DNA of 64,000 nucleotides, taken from positions 11,106 through 75,105 of the forward strand of contig CALXVY010000002.1 of assembly GCA_944392255.1 (NCBI GenBank), read 5' to 3'. The notes under the pieces are model-generated. The model did not search any database, was not told the origin of the DNA, and saw only the letters and a list, made by a program, of their open reading frames with translations. Position 1 is the stretch's first letter, and every line of letters starts with the position of its first letter. A program made the position numbers and the translations under genes. Positions 1 to 11,228 of the stretch are shown here, in pieces. Source of the stretch: an uncultured Alphaproteobacteria bacterium (GTDB taxonomy: Bacteria; Pseudomonadota; Alphaproteobacteria; RF32; CAG-239).

Positions 1-273
1 TCGGAAAACCATCTAAAATGAAGCCGTTTTTGCAATCATCTTCATCAATGCGGGCAGAAAGCATTTTGATAATCATTTCATCGGGAACCAAATTTCCGCC
101 ATCAATTAAGGCTTTAATTTCTAGACCTAGAGGCGTTCCTTTAGCTGCTTCGGCACGCAACATTTCTCCGGTTGAAAGGTGTGGAATAGCAACTCTTTCT
201 TTCAGCAATCTGGCTTGTGTGCCTTTACCGCAGCCAGGAGCTCCGGTAAAGACCACATGTAAACCTAATCCGT
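1..273 (-). CDS. adk: adenylate kinase (3' end truncated by window edge)
   Basis: minus-strand translation from ATG 271-273 gives MNKDGLGLHVVFTGAPGCGKGTQARLLKERV... with P-loop GAPGCGKGT; lies directly downstream of secY as in the spc operon. Confidence 0.85.
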
Positions 274-282
274 CCTTATTCA

Positions 283-1635
283 TTATCTTCTCTTTCCTTT
301 TCCGGCCAGAGATGCTTTACGAATTAAGGATTCGTATTGATAAGCTATCAAGTGAGATTGCAATTGACCGATAAAGTCCATGGTTACTTGAACCACGATA
401 AGCAAAGTTGTACCACCCAAAACAAACGGAACGGAAAGCTTGGTAATCAAAATCTCAGGCAAGATGCAGAGAGCTACCAAATAAACAGCCCCTAATACAG
501 TTAAGCGCGTAACAACATAATCCAAATATTCGGCAGTATTTTTGCCCGGACGAATACCGGCAATAAAGCCACCATGTTTTTTCAAATTATCGGCAGTTTC
601 TTCCGGATTAAATACCACTGCGGTATAGAAGAAAGCAAAGAACAAAATCAAAGCGGCATACAAAGTCAAATACAAAGGTTGTCCATGAGCAAGCATCTGG
701 CTCAAAGATTGAACCCAAGCCGGACCATTTTCAGAACTGAGTTGAGCAATAGTAATCGGCAACAACAACAAAGAGCTTGCAAAAATCGGCGGAATAACAC
801 CGGTCGGGTTAATTTTCAAAGGCAAGTGAGAACTCTCTGCAGCCCCCATTCTGCCCATAATCTGACGTTTTGGATATTGAATAATGATTTTACGTTGAGC
901 TCTTTCAACCAAAACGATGATATAAATCAAAGCCAAAACCATAACAAGCAGCATAGCCATTACCGGCAAAGACATCGAACCGACACGTCCCAATTCAAAG
1001 GTTTGAGCCAAAGCAGAAGGAATATTGGCGATAATACCAACGGTAATGATAAGAGAAGAACCATTGCCTACGCCACGTGCGGTAATTTGTTCACCGAGCC
1101 ATACGATAAACATGGTACCGCCGACCAAAGAAACAATGGTTGTAAAGCGGAAAACAAAACCGGGGTTAATAACGGCAGAAACACCTGCAGAACCATGCAT
1201 TCCCTCCAAACCGATAGCAATACCATAACCTTGAATAATGGTAATGAACACAGTCAAAATTCTTGTATATTGCGTAATTTTACGATGACCGGCCTCACCA
1301 TCTTTTTTCAAAGAAGCCAAAGAAGGAATAACCGTCTGACCAAGTTGAACAATGATGGATGCCGAGATGTAAGGCATAATGTTAAGAGCAAAAATGGTCA
1401 TACGTTCCAACGCACCACCGGCAAACATATTAAACATACCGAGAATACCGCCGGAATTTTTGGCAAAAATATCAGCCAAAACATGCGGGTCAATCCCCGG
1501 AAGCGGAATAAAAGTTCCCAAACGGAAAACAATCAAAGCCAAGACGGTGAACCACAATCTTTTTTTGAGTTCGTCAGCTTTACTAAAGGCAGACATATCC
1601 ATATTTGCTGCCATTTTTTCTGCTAATGATACCAT
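283..1635 (-). CDS. secY: preprotein translocase subunit SecY
   Basis: 450-aa polytopic membrane protein; N-term ...KADELKKRLWFTVLALIVFRLGTFIPLPGID matches the SecY signature; spc-operon context. Confidence 0.95.
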   Translation of the reverse strand: MVSLAEKMAANMDMSAFSKADELKKRLWFTVLALIVFRLGTFIPLPGIDPHVLADIFAKNSGGILGMFNMFAGGALERMTIFALNIMPYISASIIVQLGQTVIPSLASLKKDGEAGHRKITQYTRILTVFITIIQGYGIAIGLEGMHGSAGVSAVINPGFVFRFTTIVSLVGGTMFIVWLGEQITARGVGNGSSLIITVGIIANIPSALAQTFELGRVGSMSLPVMAMLLVMVLALIYIIVLVERAQRKIIIQYPKRQIMGRMGAAESSHLPLKINPTGVIPPIFASSLLLLPITIAQLSSENGPAWVQSLSQMLAHGQPLYLTLYAALILFFAFFYTAVVFNPEETADNLKKHGGFIAGIRPGKNTAEYLDYVVTRLTVLGAVYLVALCILPEILITKLSVPFVLGGTTLLIVVQVTMDFIGQLQSHLIAYQYESLIRKASLAGKGKRR

Positions 1636-1904
1636 TTTTTAACTATCCTTACTCATTTTAAAACATCAATACGGGGCACAAAAACCCCTTTTAGCTAAGA
1701 TATTAATACACGATATTTTTTTTAATTCAACAAAATTATCCACTTACACCACAGATTTGCAGCGATTCTTTAATCCTTGAGCAAAAACCTTGCCAAAGGT
1801 ATAACCCCCTTCAAGAAACCTAACTACACCTTAGCTTTTTAGCCTCTGCATGCACAGCAACTAATTAATGTGATCCAGCGGCCTCAACATAAAAAAAGAA
1901 AAAT

Positions 1905-1945
1905 CCCCTCTTTGGTCAAACCAACAAAGAGAGGATTTTTTTAAT
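1905..1945. terminator. intrinsic terminator hairpin (bidirectional) between lipoprotein gene and secY
   Basis: inverted repeat AATCCCCTCTTTGG...CCAACAAAGAGAGGATT flanked by an A-run and a T-run. Confidence 0.5.
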
Positions 1946-1952
1946 GTAAGAC

Positions 1953-2282
1953 TTAGTCCTTGAACTTAACCTCTAAAACTTTTTCTCCGCTATAGACGAT
2001 TGTATCTCCAGGCTGAGCGAAGAAAAAATCTTTAATCTGCTTGTTTTCATAGTTATCCTTATCGCAACAAAACCCCGACAAAATATTTCCATCCGTAAGG
2101 CGAACAGAAAAAACAGTCCAGATTCTATGGTCTCTCTGAAATACGCGGTGCACGACACCTTGTTTTATTTCTTGTGTCTCCATCGATACCTGTTCAGGTT
2201 TTTGAAGCTTATCCTCAACAGAAGAACAAGAAGTTAAACTCAAAGAAAAAATCACCCCCAAAACAAATAAAAATTTTTTCAT
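1953..2282 (-). CDS. hypothetical lipoprotein (109 aa)
   Basis: N-term MKKFLFVLGVIFSLSLTSC has a lipobox (L-T-S-C); no recognisable domain. Confidence 0.55.
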   Translation of the reverse strand: MKKFLFVLGVIFSLSLTSCSSVEDKLQKPEQVSMETQEIKQGVVHRVFQRDHRIWTVFSVRLTDGNILSGFCCDKDNYENKQIKDFFFAQPGDTIVYSGEKVLEVKFKD

Positions 2283-2288
2283 ACACTC

Positions 2289-2480
2289 TTATTGTTTGAA
2301 ATGAACACTTTTCCAAATCATATCAATAATCATTAAGAGCATTGCCAAAGCAGCAGTAATACATCCGGCAAGCAAAATATTCAATACCTTTTGGTTAGGT
2401 CCGGTTATAGATGCAACCAAAATAAAAAGAACAACCTCTATAAAGGCTAAAATAAAGCCTCCGATAACTACATATTTCAT
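2289..2480 (-). CDS. hypothetical small membrane protein (63 aa, 2 predicted TM helices)
   Basis: two hydrophobic segments; sits 6 nt upstream of the lipoprotein gene on the same strand. Confidence 0.35.
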   Translation of the reverse strand: MKYVVIGGFILAFIEVVLFILVASITGPNQKVLNILLAGCITAALAMLLMIIDMIWKSVHFKQ

Positions 2481-2499
2481 ATGCCTTATTTTTTAGAGA

Positions 2500-2859
2500 T
2501 TAAACATATTTAACTACCCCTCTCAAAGAGGGATTAAACATTCCGTTTAAAACGGAAACAACCATTTTCTCAACAAAAAGTACAGAATCCATAATTTGGG
2601 TTGTCGGATTTTCTTCTCGCCATGCCTCGATGGCTAATTTAACCATCAATACAAAAGCTTGTAAATGCGGTTCCGAAAAAAGGATTTTTTTAAGCTTTTG
2701 CTCATCGGCGTAGGGATGAGCTTGGCTCATTAAACTGCGCAATTCTCGAGATTTTGTTTTTTTCTCTTCTTCAGAAAGAGCGTTTAAAACTCTAAGCTGT
2801 TCAAAATTTTCAATTTGTTTGGTCAAATACGCAACGACATTTTTTTTAATTTCTTCCAT
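2500..2859 (-). CDS. hypothetical protein (119 aa)
   Basis: ORF with coding-like composition in same-strand tandem with the two genes above; no recognised motif. Confidence 0.4.
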   Translation of the reverse strand: MEEIKKNVVAYLTKQIENFEQLRVLNALSEEEKKTKSRELRSLMSQAHPYADEQKLKKILFSEPHLQAFVLMVKLAIEAWREENPTTQIMDSVLFVEKMVVSVLNGMFNPSLRGVVKYV

Positions 2860-2939
2860 AATTATATGTTTTAAAGTTAATAATTTTTATATAGCGCTTA
2901 ACGTAGCATATTTTTTTGTCTCAGGCAAGCACAAAAAAA

Positions 2940-2972
2940 AGGGGCAAGGAAAAATTCCCTTACCCCTTTTTC
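2940..2972 (-). terminator. intrinsic terminator after rplO
   Basis: hairpin GGGGCAAGG...CCTTACCCC preceded by an A-run on plus strand (a T-run on the minus transcript). Confidence 0.5.
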
Positions 2973-2991
2973 AAATTTTTTCTCAGCTGAA

Positions 2992-3447
2992 TTAAGCAAT
3001 AACGTTAACTTTACCGCCTGCTTTTTCAACAGCTGCAATAGCAGCCTTAGAAGCTGAATTTACGCTAATGGTAACATTGCTGGTGATAGCACCGCGAGCC
3101 AACAAACGAACACCGTCGAGCTCTTTGGAGATAACACCGGCTTCCATCAAAGCTTTAACATCAATAGAAGCAGCATTCAATTTACCGGCATCAACAGCTT
3201 TTTGGATAGTATCCAAATTAACAACTGCAAATGTTTTAGCAAAAGGATTTTTGAAACCGCGTTTCGGAAGTCTACGGTAGATAGGCATTTGACCGCCTTC
3301 AAAACCGTTAACAGCAACACCGGAACGAGATTTTTGACCTTTTTGACCGCGACCACCGGTCTTACCGGAACCACTACCGATACCGCGAGCAACACGCTTG
3401 CGAGATTTTCTGGCTCCTTCGTTGTCTCTAATTTCGTTTAATTTCAT
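2992..3447 (-). CDS. rplO: 50S ribosomal protein L15
   Basis: [43 protein letters not shown]... gly-rich L15 signature. Confidence 0.95.
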   Translation of the reverse strand: MKLNEIRDNEGARKSRKRVARGIGSGSGKTGGRGQKGQKSRSGVAVNGFEGGQMPIYRRLPKRGFKNPFAKTFAVVNLDTIQKAVDAGKLNAASIDVKALMEAGVISKELDGVRLLARGAITSNVTISVNSASKAAIAAVEKAGGKVNVIA

Positions 3448-3517
3448 TTTTCTTCACCTTAAACTTTTCAAAATCTTCTGGGAAGCGAGGCTCATCACCT
3501 CGCCCCATAACAGATTT

Positions 3518-3703
3518 TTATTCTTCGACTTTAACGAGGTGAGCCACTTTGCGGATCATACCTCTGATTGACGGAGTATCTTCCAATTCTCTAGTCTTGT
3601 TCATTTTGTTCAAACCCAAACCAATCAAGGTTTTTCTTTGAATTTCGGGACGACCGATAGGACTAGCGATTTGAGTAACTTTAATAGTCTTTTTATTAGC
3701 CAT
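3518..3703 (-). CDS. rpmD: 50S ribosomal protein L30
   Basis: 61 aa, [31 protein letters not shown]... Confidence 0.9.
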   Translation of the reverse strand: MANKKTIKVTQIASPIGRPEIQRKTLIGLGLNKMNKTRELEDTPSIRGMIRKVAHLVKVEE

Positions 3704-3705
3704 TA

Positions 3706-4266
3706 TTAAGCCTCCTCAACCATTTTAGCGTTAGAAGAATTTTCGCGGCGGCTAACGATATCGCCAACCTTTTTACCTCTTTTAGCAGCAACCATTCTCG
3801 GAGAGTTGATTGATTCCAAAGCGTTGAAAGTAGCTTTAATCATATTGTAAGGGTTGTTAGAGCCCAATGATTTAGCAACAACGTCTTGAACACCCAAAAC
3901 TTCGAAGATAGCACGCAACGGACCACCGGCAATAACACCGGTACCGGCAGGAGCAGTTCTCAAATAAACTTTACCTGCGCCGAAACGACCGGCAACGTCA
4001 TGGTGGAGAGTTCTGCCCTCGCGGAGAGGAATGCGAACCATATTCTTTTTAGCTTCGTTAGTAGCTTTAGAAATAGCATCTGGAACTTCAGTTGCTTTAC
4101 CTGTGCCGTATCCAACGCGACCTTTTTGGTCACCGACAACGACAACAGCAGCAAAAGACATGTTGCGTCCGCCTTTAACAGTTTTAGCTACGCGGTTAAT
4201 GTGAACCAGTTTTTCAACCAATTCTTCTTTCTTTTCAGCCTTACGACGATCTACAGCTTGTGCCAT
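3706..4266 (-). CDS. rpsE: 30S ribosomal protein S5
   Basis: 186 aa; ...[18 protein letters not shown]... S5 dsRBD/C-terminal domains. Confidence 0.95.
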   Translation of the reverse strand: MAQAVDRRKAEKKEELVEKLVHINRVAKTVKGGRNMSFAAVVVVGDQKGRVGYGTGKATEVPDAISKATNEAKKNMVRIPLREGRTLHHDVAGRFGAGKVYLRTAPAGTGVIAGGPLRAIFEVLGVQDVVAKSLGSNNPYNMIKATFNALESINSPRMVAAKRGKKVGDIVSRRENSSNAKMVEEA

Positions 4267-4275
4267 TTAATCCTC

Positions 4276-4647
4276 CTAAAATTTCAGACCAGCTTCACGA
4301 GCTGCGTCAGCTAAAGCTTTTACACGACCGTGATAGATGTAGCCGCCTCTATCGAAGACAACTTCACTAACACCATTCTTAACCGCTCTCTCAGCAACAG
4401 TCTTACCGATGAAGCTAGCAGCTTCGATGGTAGATGTTTTCTTGATGCTGTCGCGAATTTCTTTATCCAAAGTGGAAGCAGAAGCAACAGTAACACCTTT
4501 GGTGTCATCAATGATCTGAGCGTAGATGTGCTTACCGCTGCGAAATACAGACAATCTCATCTTTCCATTCGCAGCTTTTTTCAAAGCAGCACGAACGCGG
4601 TTTTTTCTTTTTTGATTTTTTTCAAACAATTTACTTGGCGTACTCAT
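4276..4647 (-). CDS. rplR: 50S ribosomal protein L18
   Basis: 123 aa; ...[18 protein letters not shown]... Confidence 0.95.
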   Translation of the reverse strand: MSTPSKLFEKNQKRKNRVRAALKKAANGKMRLSVFRSGKHIYAQIIDDTKGVTVASASTLDKEIRDSIKKTSTIEAASFIGKTVAERAVKNGVSEVVFDRGGYIYHGRVKALADAAREAGLKF

Positions 4648-4658
4648 TTGATTAATCC

Positions 4659-5198
4659 TTATTTCTTCTTGCCTTCTTTACGACGGACATATTCGCCAAC
4701 ATATCTAACACCTTTACCTTTGTACGGTTCCGGAGATCTGTAATCGCGAATTTCCGAAGCAACTTGACCAACCAATTGCTTATCTGCACCAAATACGGAG
4801 ATTTGGGTCGGAGATGCACAAGTAATTTTGATGCCTTCAGGAATTGCAAAGTCAATATCGTGAGAAAAACCTAAAGACAAAACCAATTTTTTAGTGCCTT
4901 CAACACGAGCTTTGTAACCAACGCCGATAAGTTCCATTTCTTTAGTAAAGCCTTCGCTAACACCTTTAACCATGGTGTTGATGCGAGCACGAGTAGTGCC
5001 CCAAAGAGTGCGAGCTTGTTTAGAAGTTGACAACGGAGTTACAACAACAGTGTTGTTTTCCAATTTAGCGACTACGTGGCTGTCATCATAAGCAAAGCTT
5101 AATTCGCCCAATTTACCACTTGCTTTAACAACGTTACCGTTGATAGCAACATTAACGCCATTAGGGATAATAACAGGATATTTTCCAACTCTAGACAT
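4659..5198 (-). CDS. rplF: 50S ribosomal protein L6
   Basis: 179 aa; [21 protein letters not shown]... Confidence 0.95.
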   Translation of the reverse strand: MSRVGKYPVIIPNGVNVAINGNVVKASGKLGELSFAYDDSHVVAKLENNTVVVTPLSTSKQARTLWGTTRARINTMVKGVSEGFTKEMELIGVGYKARVEGTKKLVLSLGFSHDIDFAIPEGIKITCASPTQISVFGADKQLVGQVASEIRDYRSPEPYKGKGVRYVGEYVRRKEGKKK

Positions 5199-5210
5199 AT
5201 CAGTTTCTCC

Positions 5211-5609
5211 CTAAAATACTTGACAAAGAACTTCACCGCCAACGTTAGCTTTACGAGCTTCGTGATCACTCATAACACCAGAAGGTGTAGAGATGATAGA
5301 AATTCCTAAGCCGTTGTAAACTCTCGGCAAGTCTTTAACGCTAGAATATACGCGACGACCCGGAGTAGAAACGCGGTAAATTTCGGTTATAACAGATGTA
5401 CCTTCATGGTACTTTAATTTAATGTGAAGTTCATCAACACCGGCTCTAACATTAACCTTTTCATATCCGGCAATGTAGCCTTCTCTTTTGAGAACTTCCA
5501 ACACATTTTCACGCAAGCGAGAAGCCGGAGATACGACCTCAGATTTTTTCGCTCTTTGTGCGTTTCTAATGCGTGTGAGCATATCGCCCAAAGGATCACT
5601 CATAGACAT
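5211..5609 (-). CDS. rpsH: 30S ribosomal protein S8
   Basis: 132 aa; [22 protein letters not shown]... Confidence 0.95.
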   Translation of the reverse strand: MSMSDPLGDMLTRIRNAQRAKKSEVVSPASRLRENVLEVLKREGYIAGYEKVNVRAGVDELHIKLKYHEGTSVITEIYRVSTPGRRVYSSVKDLPRVYNGLGISIISTPSGVMSDHEARKANVGGEVLCQVF

Positions 5610-5620
5610 TCTCGATTCTC

Positions 5621-5926
5621 CTACCAGCTTGATTTAACTAAACCTGGGATTTCACCTCTGCCGGCTTTCTCGCGCAATTCAACACGAGCAATACCGAACT
5701 TGCGGTAATATCCGCGAGAACGACCGGTCAATTTGCAGCGGTTTCTAAAACGAATTGCTGCAGAGTTACGCGGCAGTTCTGCCAATTTCAAAGTCGCTTG
5801 GAATCTCTCCTCAGGAGAAACAGTTTTATCCATAACGATCTCTTTGAGTTTCAAACGGCGTGAAGCGAACTTCTTAGCCATTTTAGCTCTTTTCAAGTTT
5901 CTGTAGATTTCACTTGTTTTTGCCAT
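5621..5926 (-). CDS. rpsN: 30S ribosomal protein S14
   Basis: 101 aa; [31 protein letters not shown]... C-term ...[18 protein letters not shown]. Confidence 0.9.
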   Translation of the reverse strand: MAKTSEIYRNLKRAKMAKKFASRRLKLKEIVMDKTVSPEERFQATLKLAELPRNSAAIRFRNRCKLTGRSRGYYRKFGIARVELREKAGRGEIPGLVKSSW

Positions 5927-5940
5927 AGTTCAGTCTCCAC

Positions 5941-6480
5941 TTATTTCTTGCACGGCAAGTTAAATGAGGTCAGAAGAGCTTTAGCTTCTTCATCGGTCTT
6001 TGCGGTAGTGCAGATGCAAACATCCAAACCGTGAATATTTTCAACTTTATCATAGTTGATTTCCGGGAAGATGATTTGTTCTTTAATACCGAAAGCAAAA
6101 TTTCCGCGACCGTCAAAGTTTTTACCGGTAATACCGTGGAAGTCACGAACACGCGGCAAAGCCATATTGATCAATCTTTCCAAGAACTCATACATTCTGT
6201 CAGAACGAAGAGTTACTTTGCAGCCGATAGGCATACCTTCTCTGAGCTTAAAAGTAGCAATTGATTTACGAGCATGAGTCATAACAGGTTTTTGACCAGC
6301 AATCAATGCCAATTCTTCAGCAGCGGTGTTGAGTTTTTTCTTATCGGTAACAGCGTCGCCGACACCAACGTTCAACACAATCTTTGTCAACTTCGGAATC
6401 TCATGTGGGTTTTTGTAACCGAATTTTTCCACAAGAGATTTCTTAATGACCTCGTTATAAAGTTTTTCAAAATTAGTCAT
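5941..6480 (-). CDS. rplE: 50S ribosomal protein L5
   Basis: 179 aa; ...[16 protein letters not shown]...[10 protein letters not shown]... Confidence 0.95.
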   Translation of the reverse strand: MTNFEKLYNEVIKKSLVEKFGYKNPHEIPKLTKIVLNVGVGDAVTDKKKLNTAAEELALIAGQKPVMTHARKSIATFKLREGMPIGCKVTLRSDRMYEFLERLINMALPRVRDFHGITGKNFDGRGNFAFGIKEQIIFPEINYDKVENIHGLDVCICTTAKTDEEAKALLTSFNLPCKK

Positions 6481-6491
6481 TAGATTTTCCC

Positions 6492-6809
6492 CTATTTATC
6501 GATTACTTCACCGGATTTACGAGCGACGCGTACTTTTTTGCCATCAACTTCTTTGTAACCAACTTTAGTTGCTTTTCCAGATTTCGGATCAACAATGGCT
6601 ACGTTAGAAACGTTGATAGGAGCTTCTTTCGTAACAATGCCGCCAGGAGTAGTTTGGCTGGGTTTGGTATGTCTTTTAACCAAGTTGATACCTTGAACAA
6701 CCACTTTACTCTCTTTAGGCAAAGCTTTTACGACTTCACCGGTTTTGCCTTTGTCTTCACCAGACAAAACAATAACCTGATCGCCTTTTTTAATTTTCAT
6801 CTTAGGCAT
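6492..6809 (-). CDS. rplX: 50S ribosomal protein L24
   Basis: 105 aa; [26 protein letters not shown]... KOW motif. Confidence 0.9.
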   Translation of the reverse strand: MPKMKIKKGDQVIVLSGEDKGKTGEVVKALPKESKVVVQGINLVKRHTKPSQTTPGGIVTKEAPINVSNVAIVDPKSGKATKVGYKEVDGKKVRVARKSGEVIDK

Positions 6810-6810
6810 A

Positions 6811-7179
6811 TTATAAAACCTCCGGTGCTAACGAAATTATTTTCATAAATTTCTTTGCACGCAATTCTCTGGTAACGGGGCCAAAGATACGAGTACCGAT
6901 AGGCTCGCCGTCCTTATTAATCAGAACTGCAGCGTTTTTGTCAAAACGGATAACACTACCGTCTTTACGTCTGATGTCAGAAGCTGTTCTAACAATCACA
7001 GCTTTTTGCACATCACCTTTCTTTACGCGTCCTTTTGGGATAGCGTTTGTAACAGAAACTACAATCACATCGCCGACCGAAGCATGCATTCTCTTGGAAC
7101 CGCCAAGAACTTTAATGCACTGCACCTGACGAGCACCTGAGTTATCAGCTACATCAAGGTTGGTTTGCATCTGTATCAT
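6811..7179 (-). CDS. rplN: 50S ribosomal protein L14
   Basis: 122 aa; [28 protein letters not shown]... Confidence 0.95.
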   Translation of the reverse strand: MIQMQTNLDVADNSGARQVQCIKVLGGSKRMHASVGDVIVVSVTNAIPKGRVKKGDVQKAVIVRTASDIRRKDGSVIRFDKNAAVLINKDGEPIGTRIFGPVTRELRAKKFMKIISLAPEVL

Positions 7180-7198
7180 TTTTTAATTCCTTCTTTTT

Positions 7199-7435
7199 CT
7201 AGGCGTTATTAACGATTACAGTCCAAGTTTTTGTCTTAGAATATGGTCTTGATTCCTCAATAGAAACCACATCACCGACTTTGAACTGATTGTTTTCATC
7301 GTGTGCAGCATACTTTTTGCTTTTACGAATGAATTTTTTGTAAACAGGGTGCATAACTTGGCGTTCAACTTTAACGACAACTGTTTTGTCCTGTTTATCG
7401 CTTACAACAACACCTTGAAGAATTCTTTTAGGCAT
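7199..7435 (-). CDS. rpsQ: 30S ribosomal protein S17
   Basis: 78 aa; [25 protein letters not shown]... Confidence 0.9.
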   Translation of the reverse strand: MPKRILQGVVVSDKQDKTVVVKVERQVMHPVYKKFIRKSKKYAAHDENNQFKVGDVVSIEESRPYSKTKTWTVIVNNA

Positions 7436-7445
7436 ATCGTTTCTC

Positions 7446-7643
7446 CTAACTATTCTTCTTGCGCTCAGCGATGAGCGTGTTGATTTTTGCTATTTCTCTA
7501 CGGACATTTCTTATTACAGCAGAATTTTGTAATTGTCCAGTAGATTGTTGTACTCTTAAGTTAAATTGTTCTTTTTTCTTTTCGAGCAATTTAGCATTAA
7601 GTTCATCAATAGTCATAGCACGAAGATCTTTAACTTTAAGCAT
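7446..7643 (-). CDS. rpmC: 50S ribosomal protein L29
   Basis: 65 aa; [32 protein letters not shown]... Confidence 0.85.
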   Translation of the reverse strand: MLKVKDLRAMTIDELNAKLLEKKKEQFNLRVQQSTGQLQNSAVIRNVRREIAKINTLIAERKKNS

Positions 7644-8073
7644 TAGCTTCTACTCCTTGCTCTGATTTCAATTTTTTAACAAATTTGGTTTTGATTGGGA
7701 GTTTAGCAGCGCCCAAAGCAAAAGCTGTGCGAGCTGTTTCTTCATCAATACCATCTGCTTCGAACATAATGCGACCCGGTTTAACGCGTGCGCACCAGTA
7801 TTCGACAGATCCTTTACCTTTACCCATACGAACTTCAGCAGGTTTGTCTGAAACAGGAACGTCTGGGAAAATTCTAATCCATACTCTTCCGGCTCTTTTC
7901 ATTTCACGAGTGATAGCACGACGAGCAGCCTCAATTTGGCGAGCTGTAATACGATCAGGTGTAAGAGCTTTCAATCCATATGAACCGAAGCTTAATTCTG
8001 TACCGCCCTTAGCGTTGCCGTGAATACGGCCTTTGTGCTGTTTGCGGAACTTTAATCTTTTTGGACTTAACAT
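7636..8073 (-). CDS. rplP: 50S ribosomal protein L16
   Basis: 145 aa; [24 protein letters not shown]...; 8-nt overlap with rpmC. Confidence 0.95.
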   Translation of the reverse strand: MLSPKRLKFRKQHKGRIHGNAKGGTELSFGSYGLKALTPDRITARQIEAARRAITREMKRAGRVWIRIFPDVPVSDKPAEVRMGKGKGSVEYWCARVKPGRIMFEADGIDEETARTAFALGAAKLPIKTKFVKKLKSEQGVEANA

Positions 8074-8092
8074 CTTATTTTAACCTCAAAAA

Positions 8093-8761
8093 TTATTTCT
8101 GTTCAGCCAACTTTTTGTCCTGAGCCATCGGATCGTGAGCCATAATATCGCCTTTGTAGATCCAAACTTTTACGCCGCAGGCACCGTAAGTTGTGTGAGC
8201 CGTAGAGGTTGCATAATCAATGTCAGCGCGCAATGTGTGCAAGGGAACACGACCTTCACGATAGTATTCTGTTCTTGCGATTTCAGCACCGCCTAAACGG
8301 CCTGAGCAGCTAACTTTGATACCTTCTGCACCCAAACGAAGAGCAGATTGCATAACTCTTTTCATAGCACGACGGAAAGCAACACGGCGTTCCAATTGTT
8401 GAGCTACGGAGTCAGCAACCAACTGAGCATCCAACTCAGGTTTTCTAACTTCCAAAATGTTCAATTGGACTTCAGAGTCAGTCATTTTTTGAATTTGGCT
8501 TCTCAAATTCTCAATGTCTTGACCTTTTTTACCAATTACAACACCCGGTCTTGCAGAATGAATAGTAACTCTAGCCTTTTTAGCAGGACGTTCGATAACA
8601 ATCTTGCTTACGCCGGCTTGAGCCAATTTCTCTTTCAAGAAATCTTTAATTTTCAAATCTTCGTGTAGGTAATCAGCATATTTTTCGTCTGCATACCAAC
8701 GAGAGTCCCAAGTGCGGTTAACTCCAAGACGAAGACCTGTAGGATTTACTTTTTGTCCCAT
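8093..8761 (-). CDS. rpsC: 30S ribosomal protein S3
   Basis: start placed at internal ATG (8759-8761) giving [13 protein letters not shown]...; KH domain; the longer upstream ORF would overlap rplV. Confidence 0.9.
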   Translation of the reverse strand: MGQKVNPTGLRLGVNRTWDSRWYADEKYADYLHEDLKIKDFLKEKLAQAGVSKIVIERPAKKARVTIHSARPGVVIGKKGQDIENLRSQIQKMTDSEVQLNILEVRKPELDAQLVADSVAQQLERRVAFRRAMKRVMQSALRLGAEGIKVSCSGRLGGAEIARTEYYREGRVPLHTLRADIDYATSTAHTTYGACGVKVWIYKGDIMAHDPMAQDKKLAEQK

Positions 8762-8765
8762 TAAC

Positions 8766-9140
8766 TTACTCCCCACGCTCAGATACAACGATTGTTAAGT
8801 TAGAGAAAGGTTTCAGAACTCTTGCTCCTCTACCGCGGCCTCTAGCGTGCATACGTTTCATTACCAAACCTTTGCCGACATAAGCTTCTTTAACATAAAG
8901 CTTATCGATATTTAACTGATGGTTGTTTTCAGCATTTGCAATAGCAGATTGTAAAACAGCCAAGGCAGCTTTTGCAATTCTCTTCTTAGAAAAAGTAAGT
9001 TCTGCAATAGCTTTTTCAGCATTCATACCACGGATAGTTTGAGCAACTAAGTTCAGTTTACGCGGACTTGTACGAATAGCGTTACAAATAGCAATAGCTG
9101 ATTTTGCGTCTACTCTTCTTTCATTTTTAGTCTGAGCCAT
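8766..9140 (-). CDS. rplV: 50S ribosomal protein L22
   Basis: 124 aa; [38 protein letters not shown]... Confidence 0.9.
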   Translation of the reverse strand: MAQTKNERRVDAKSAIAICNAIRTSPRKLNLVAQTIRGMNAEKAIAELTFSKKRIAKAALAVLQSAIANAENNHQLNIDKLYVKEAYVGKGLVMKRMHARGRGRGARVLKPFSNLTIVVSERGE

Positions 9141-9142
9141 AA

Positions 9143-9421
9143 TTAACCTCTCTTAGCTTTTTTATCAGCGGCGTGACCATAGAAGGTACGTGTCGGAGCA
9201 AATTCACCAAACTTGTGACCAACCATGTCCTCGGTAACCAAAACTGGAATAAATTTGTGACCGTTGTGAACACCAAATGTCAAACCAACAAATTGCGGCA
9301 ACATGGTAGAACGACGAGACCAAATTTTGATTACTTCGTTTTTGCTAGAATTTCTAGCATTTGCAGCTTTTTTCAGAAGATAGCCATCAACGAAAGGGCC
9401 TTTCCATACGGAACGTGTCAT
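9143..9421 (-). CDS. rpsS: 30S ribosomal protein S19
   Basis: 92 aa; [18 protein letters not shown]... Confidence 0.95.
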   Translation of the reverse strand: MTRSVWKGPFVDGYLLKKAANARNSSKNEVIKIWSRRSTMLPQFVGLTFGVHNGHKFIPVLVTEDMVGHKFGEFAPTRTFYGHAADKKAKRG

Positions 9422-9436
9422 TAGCTTTTCTCCCTA

Positions 9437-10270
9437 TTATTTCTTATTCTCATGACGGCTTCTCATAATGAACTTATCCGTCTTCTTGTTAGTACGAGTC
9501 TTATAACCCTTAGTCGGTTTACCCCAAGGAGTTGTCGGATGACGACCACCGGAGGTTCTACCTTCACCACCACCCATCGGGTGATCAACAGGGTTCATAG
9601 CAACACCACGGGAAACAGGTCTCATACCCAACCAACGAGCACGACCGGCTTTACCCAATGATCTGTTTTGGTTATCCGGGTTAGAAACAGCACCGACAGT
9701 AGCCAAGCACTCTTCACGAACAACACGGAGTTCACCAGAGCTCAATTTCAACTGAGCATAACCGGCGTCTTTACCAACGAGTTGAGCATAGCAACCAGCA
9801 GAACGAACCAATTGGCCGCCTTTACCAGCTTTGAGTTCGACGTTGTGAATAATAGTACCAACCGGCATATTTTTCAAAGGCATTGCGTTACCCGGTTTAA
9901 TATCTGCTTTGTCGGCAGAAATGATTTTATCACCGGATTTAATTCTTTGAGGAGCCAAGATATAAGCCTTTTCGCCATCTTCATAGCTAATCAAAGCGAT
10001 GAAAGCTGAACGGTTAGGATCATATTCGATTCTCTCAACAGTAGCCTCTACATTCATTTTGTTACGTTTAAAGTCAATAACGCGCAATTTGCGTTTATGA
10101 CCGCCACCAATTCTACGACTAGTAACGTGACCAAAATTATCACGTCCGCCAGTTTTTGTCAAACCAATAGTCAAAGATTTCTCAGGGGCTCCTTTATAAA
10201 GCTCGGATCTATCAACGATTACAAGCTGACGAAGTCCAGGAGAAGTGGGCTTATAATTTTTCAATGCCAT
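9437..10270 (-). CDS. rplB: 50S ribosomal protein L2
   Basis: 277 aa; ...[19 protein letters not shown]... and C-terminal ...[19 protein letters not shown]... Confidence 0.95.
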   Translation of the reverse strand: MALKNYKPTSPGLRQLVIVDRSELYKGAPEKSLTIGLTKTGGRDNFGHVTSRRIGGGHKRKLRVIDFKRNKMNVEATVERIEYDPNRSAFIALISYEDGEKAYILAPQRIKSGDKIISADKADIKPGNAMPLKNMPVGTIIHNVELKAGKGGQLVRSAGCYAQLVGKDAGYAQLKLSSGELRVVREECLATVGAVSNPDNQNRSLGKAGRARWLGMRPVSRGVAMNPVDHPMGGGEGRTSGGRHPTTPWGKPTKGYKTRTNKKTDKFIMRSRHENKK

Positions 10271-10273
10271 GTC

Positions 10274-10591
10274 TTATATTCCTGTAGTAACATCAATATT
10301 TTGACCTTCAGCCAAAGTAACAACAGCTTTTTTGTAGTCAGAACGTTGACCAACAAAACCTCTAAAGCGTTTTACTTTGCCGAATTGACGAATTGTATTA
10401 ACTTTGTTTACTGTAACGTTAAAGATGTTTTCAACCGCAGCTTTAACATCATCTTTAGTAGCAGACAAAGGAACCAAGAAGGTTACTTTACCAGCTTCTG
10501 AAGAAATCATAGATTTTTCAGTAATAACCGGACGTACGATTGTGTCATACATCTTAGCGGTTACATTGTTTGATTTTTTAGAGTTACTCAT
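10274..10591 (-). CDS. rplW: 50S ribosomal protein L23
   Basis: start taken at ATG 10589-10591 (MSNSKK...[14 protein letters not shown]...), overlapping the rplD stop in an ATGA arrangement. Confidence 0.85.
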   Translation of the reverse strand: MSNSKKSNNVTAKMYDTIVRPVITEKSMISSEAGKVTFLVPLSATKDDVKAAVENIFNVTVNKVNTIRQFGKVKRFRGFVGQRSDYKKAVVTLAEGQNIDVTTGI

Positions 10592-11208
10592 TTCAATCTT
10601 TCTCCCAAGCAAACAACCGCATCTTTAGTCAATACCAATTTGTCTTTTCTCAAGATGTCGTATACATTGGCACCAATTGTCGGCAATACATCAACGCCGA
10701 TAATGTTTCTAGAAGCCAATGCAAAGTTTTCATCAACTTCTTTACCATCGATGAACAAGCAATTTGTCAAACCGCAAGCTGCCAATTTGTTTTGCAAATC
10801 TTTAGTTTTCGGAGCAGACAATTTAGCTTCGTCAATGATAACGAGATTACCCTCTTTAGCTTTAGCAGAGAGAGCAGTTTTCAAACCGAGTTTTCTAAAC
10901 TTCTTGGTCAGTTCGTGTGAGTGGTCGCGAACAACCGGACCAAATACAACACCACCTTTTCTAAACTGAGTACCTTTGCGAGAACCTTGACGAGCATTAC
11001 CAGAACCTTTTTGTTTGAAAGGTTTAGCAGGTGTCAAAGCAACTTCGCTACGGCCTTTGGTTTTGTGGTTACCAGATTGCAATCTGGCCAACTGCCAATT
11101 TACAACGCGGTGTAAAATGTCAGCGCGAACTTCCAAGCCGAAAATAGACTCGTCGAGTTCGATTGAACCAACATTTTTATTATCTAAATTTAAGATGTCC
11201 TGTTTCAT
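10588..11208 (-). CDS. rplD: 50S ribosomal protein L4
   Basis: 206 aa; [24 protein letters not shown]... Confidence 0.9.
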   Translation of the reverse strand: MKQDILNLDNKNVGSIELDESIFGLEVRADILHRVVNWQLARLQSGNHKTKGRSEVALTPAKPFKQKGSGNARQGSRKGTQFRKGGVVFGPVVRDHSHELTKKFRKLGLKTALSAKAKEGNLVIIDEAKLSAPKTKDLQNKLAACGLTNCLFIDGKEVDENFALASRNIIGVDVLPTIGANVYDILRKDKLVLTKDAVVCLGERLK

Positions 11209-11228
11209 AATTTACTTTCCTTTTTCCA

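Noticed and set aside
18-374. 118-aa plus-strand ORF at the window start
   Set aside because: Antisense to the adk coding sequence, whose minus-strand translation gives a clear P-loop kinase.
574-1626. 350-aa plus-strand ORF antisense to secY. Similar long antisense ORFs lie opposite fusA (20028-21269), rpoC (46952-47944 and others) and rpoB (50752-51639 and others).
   Set aside because: All lie entirely inside well-supported essential genes on the opposite strand. Their low-complexity N/T/F/R-rich translations are typical of antisense frames in AT-rich DNA.
3448-3517. Hairpin GCGAGGCTCATCACCTCGC in the rplO-rpmD spacer as a possible internal terminator
   Set aside because: No T-run follows on the transcribed strand. 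More likely an mRNA processing or stability stem within the spc operon, and too weak to call.
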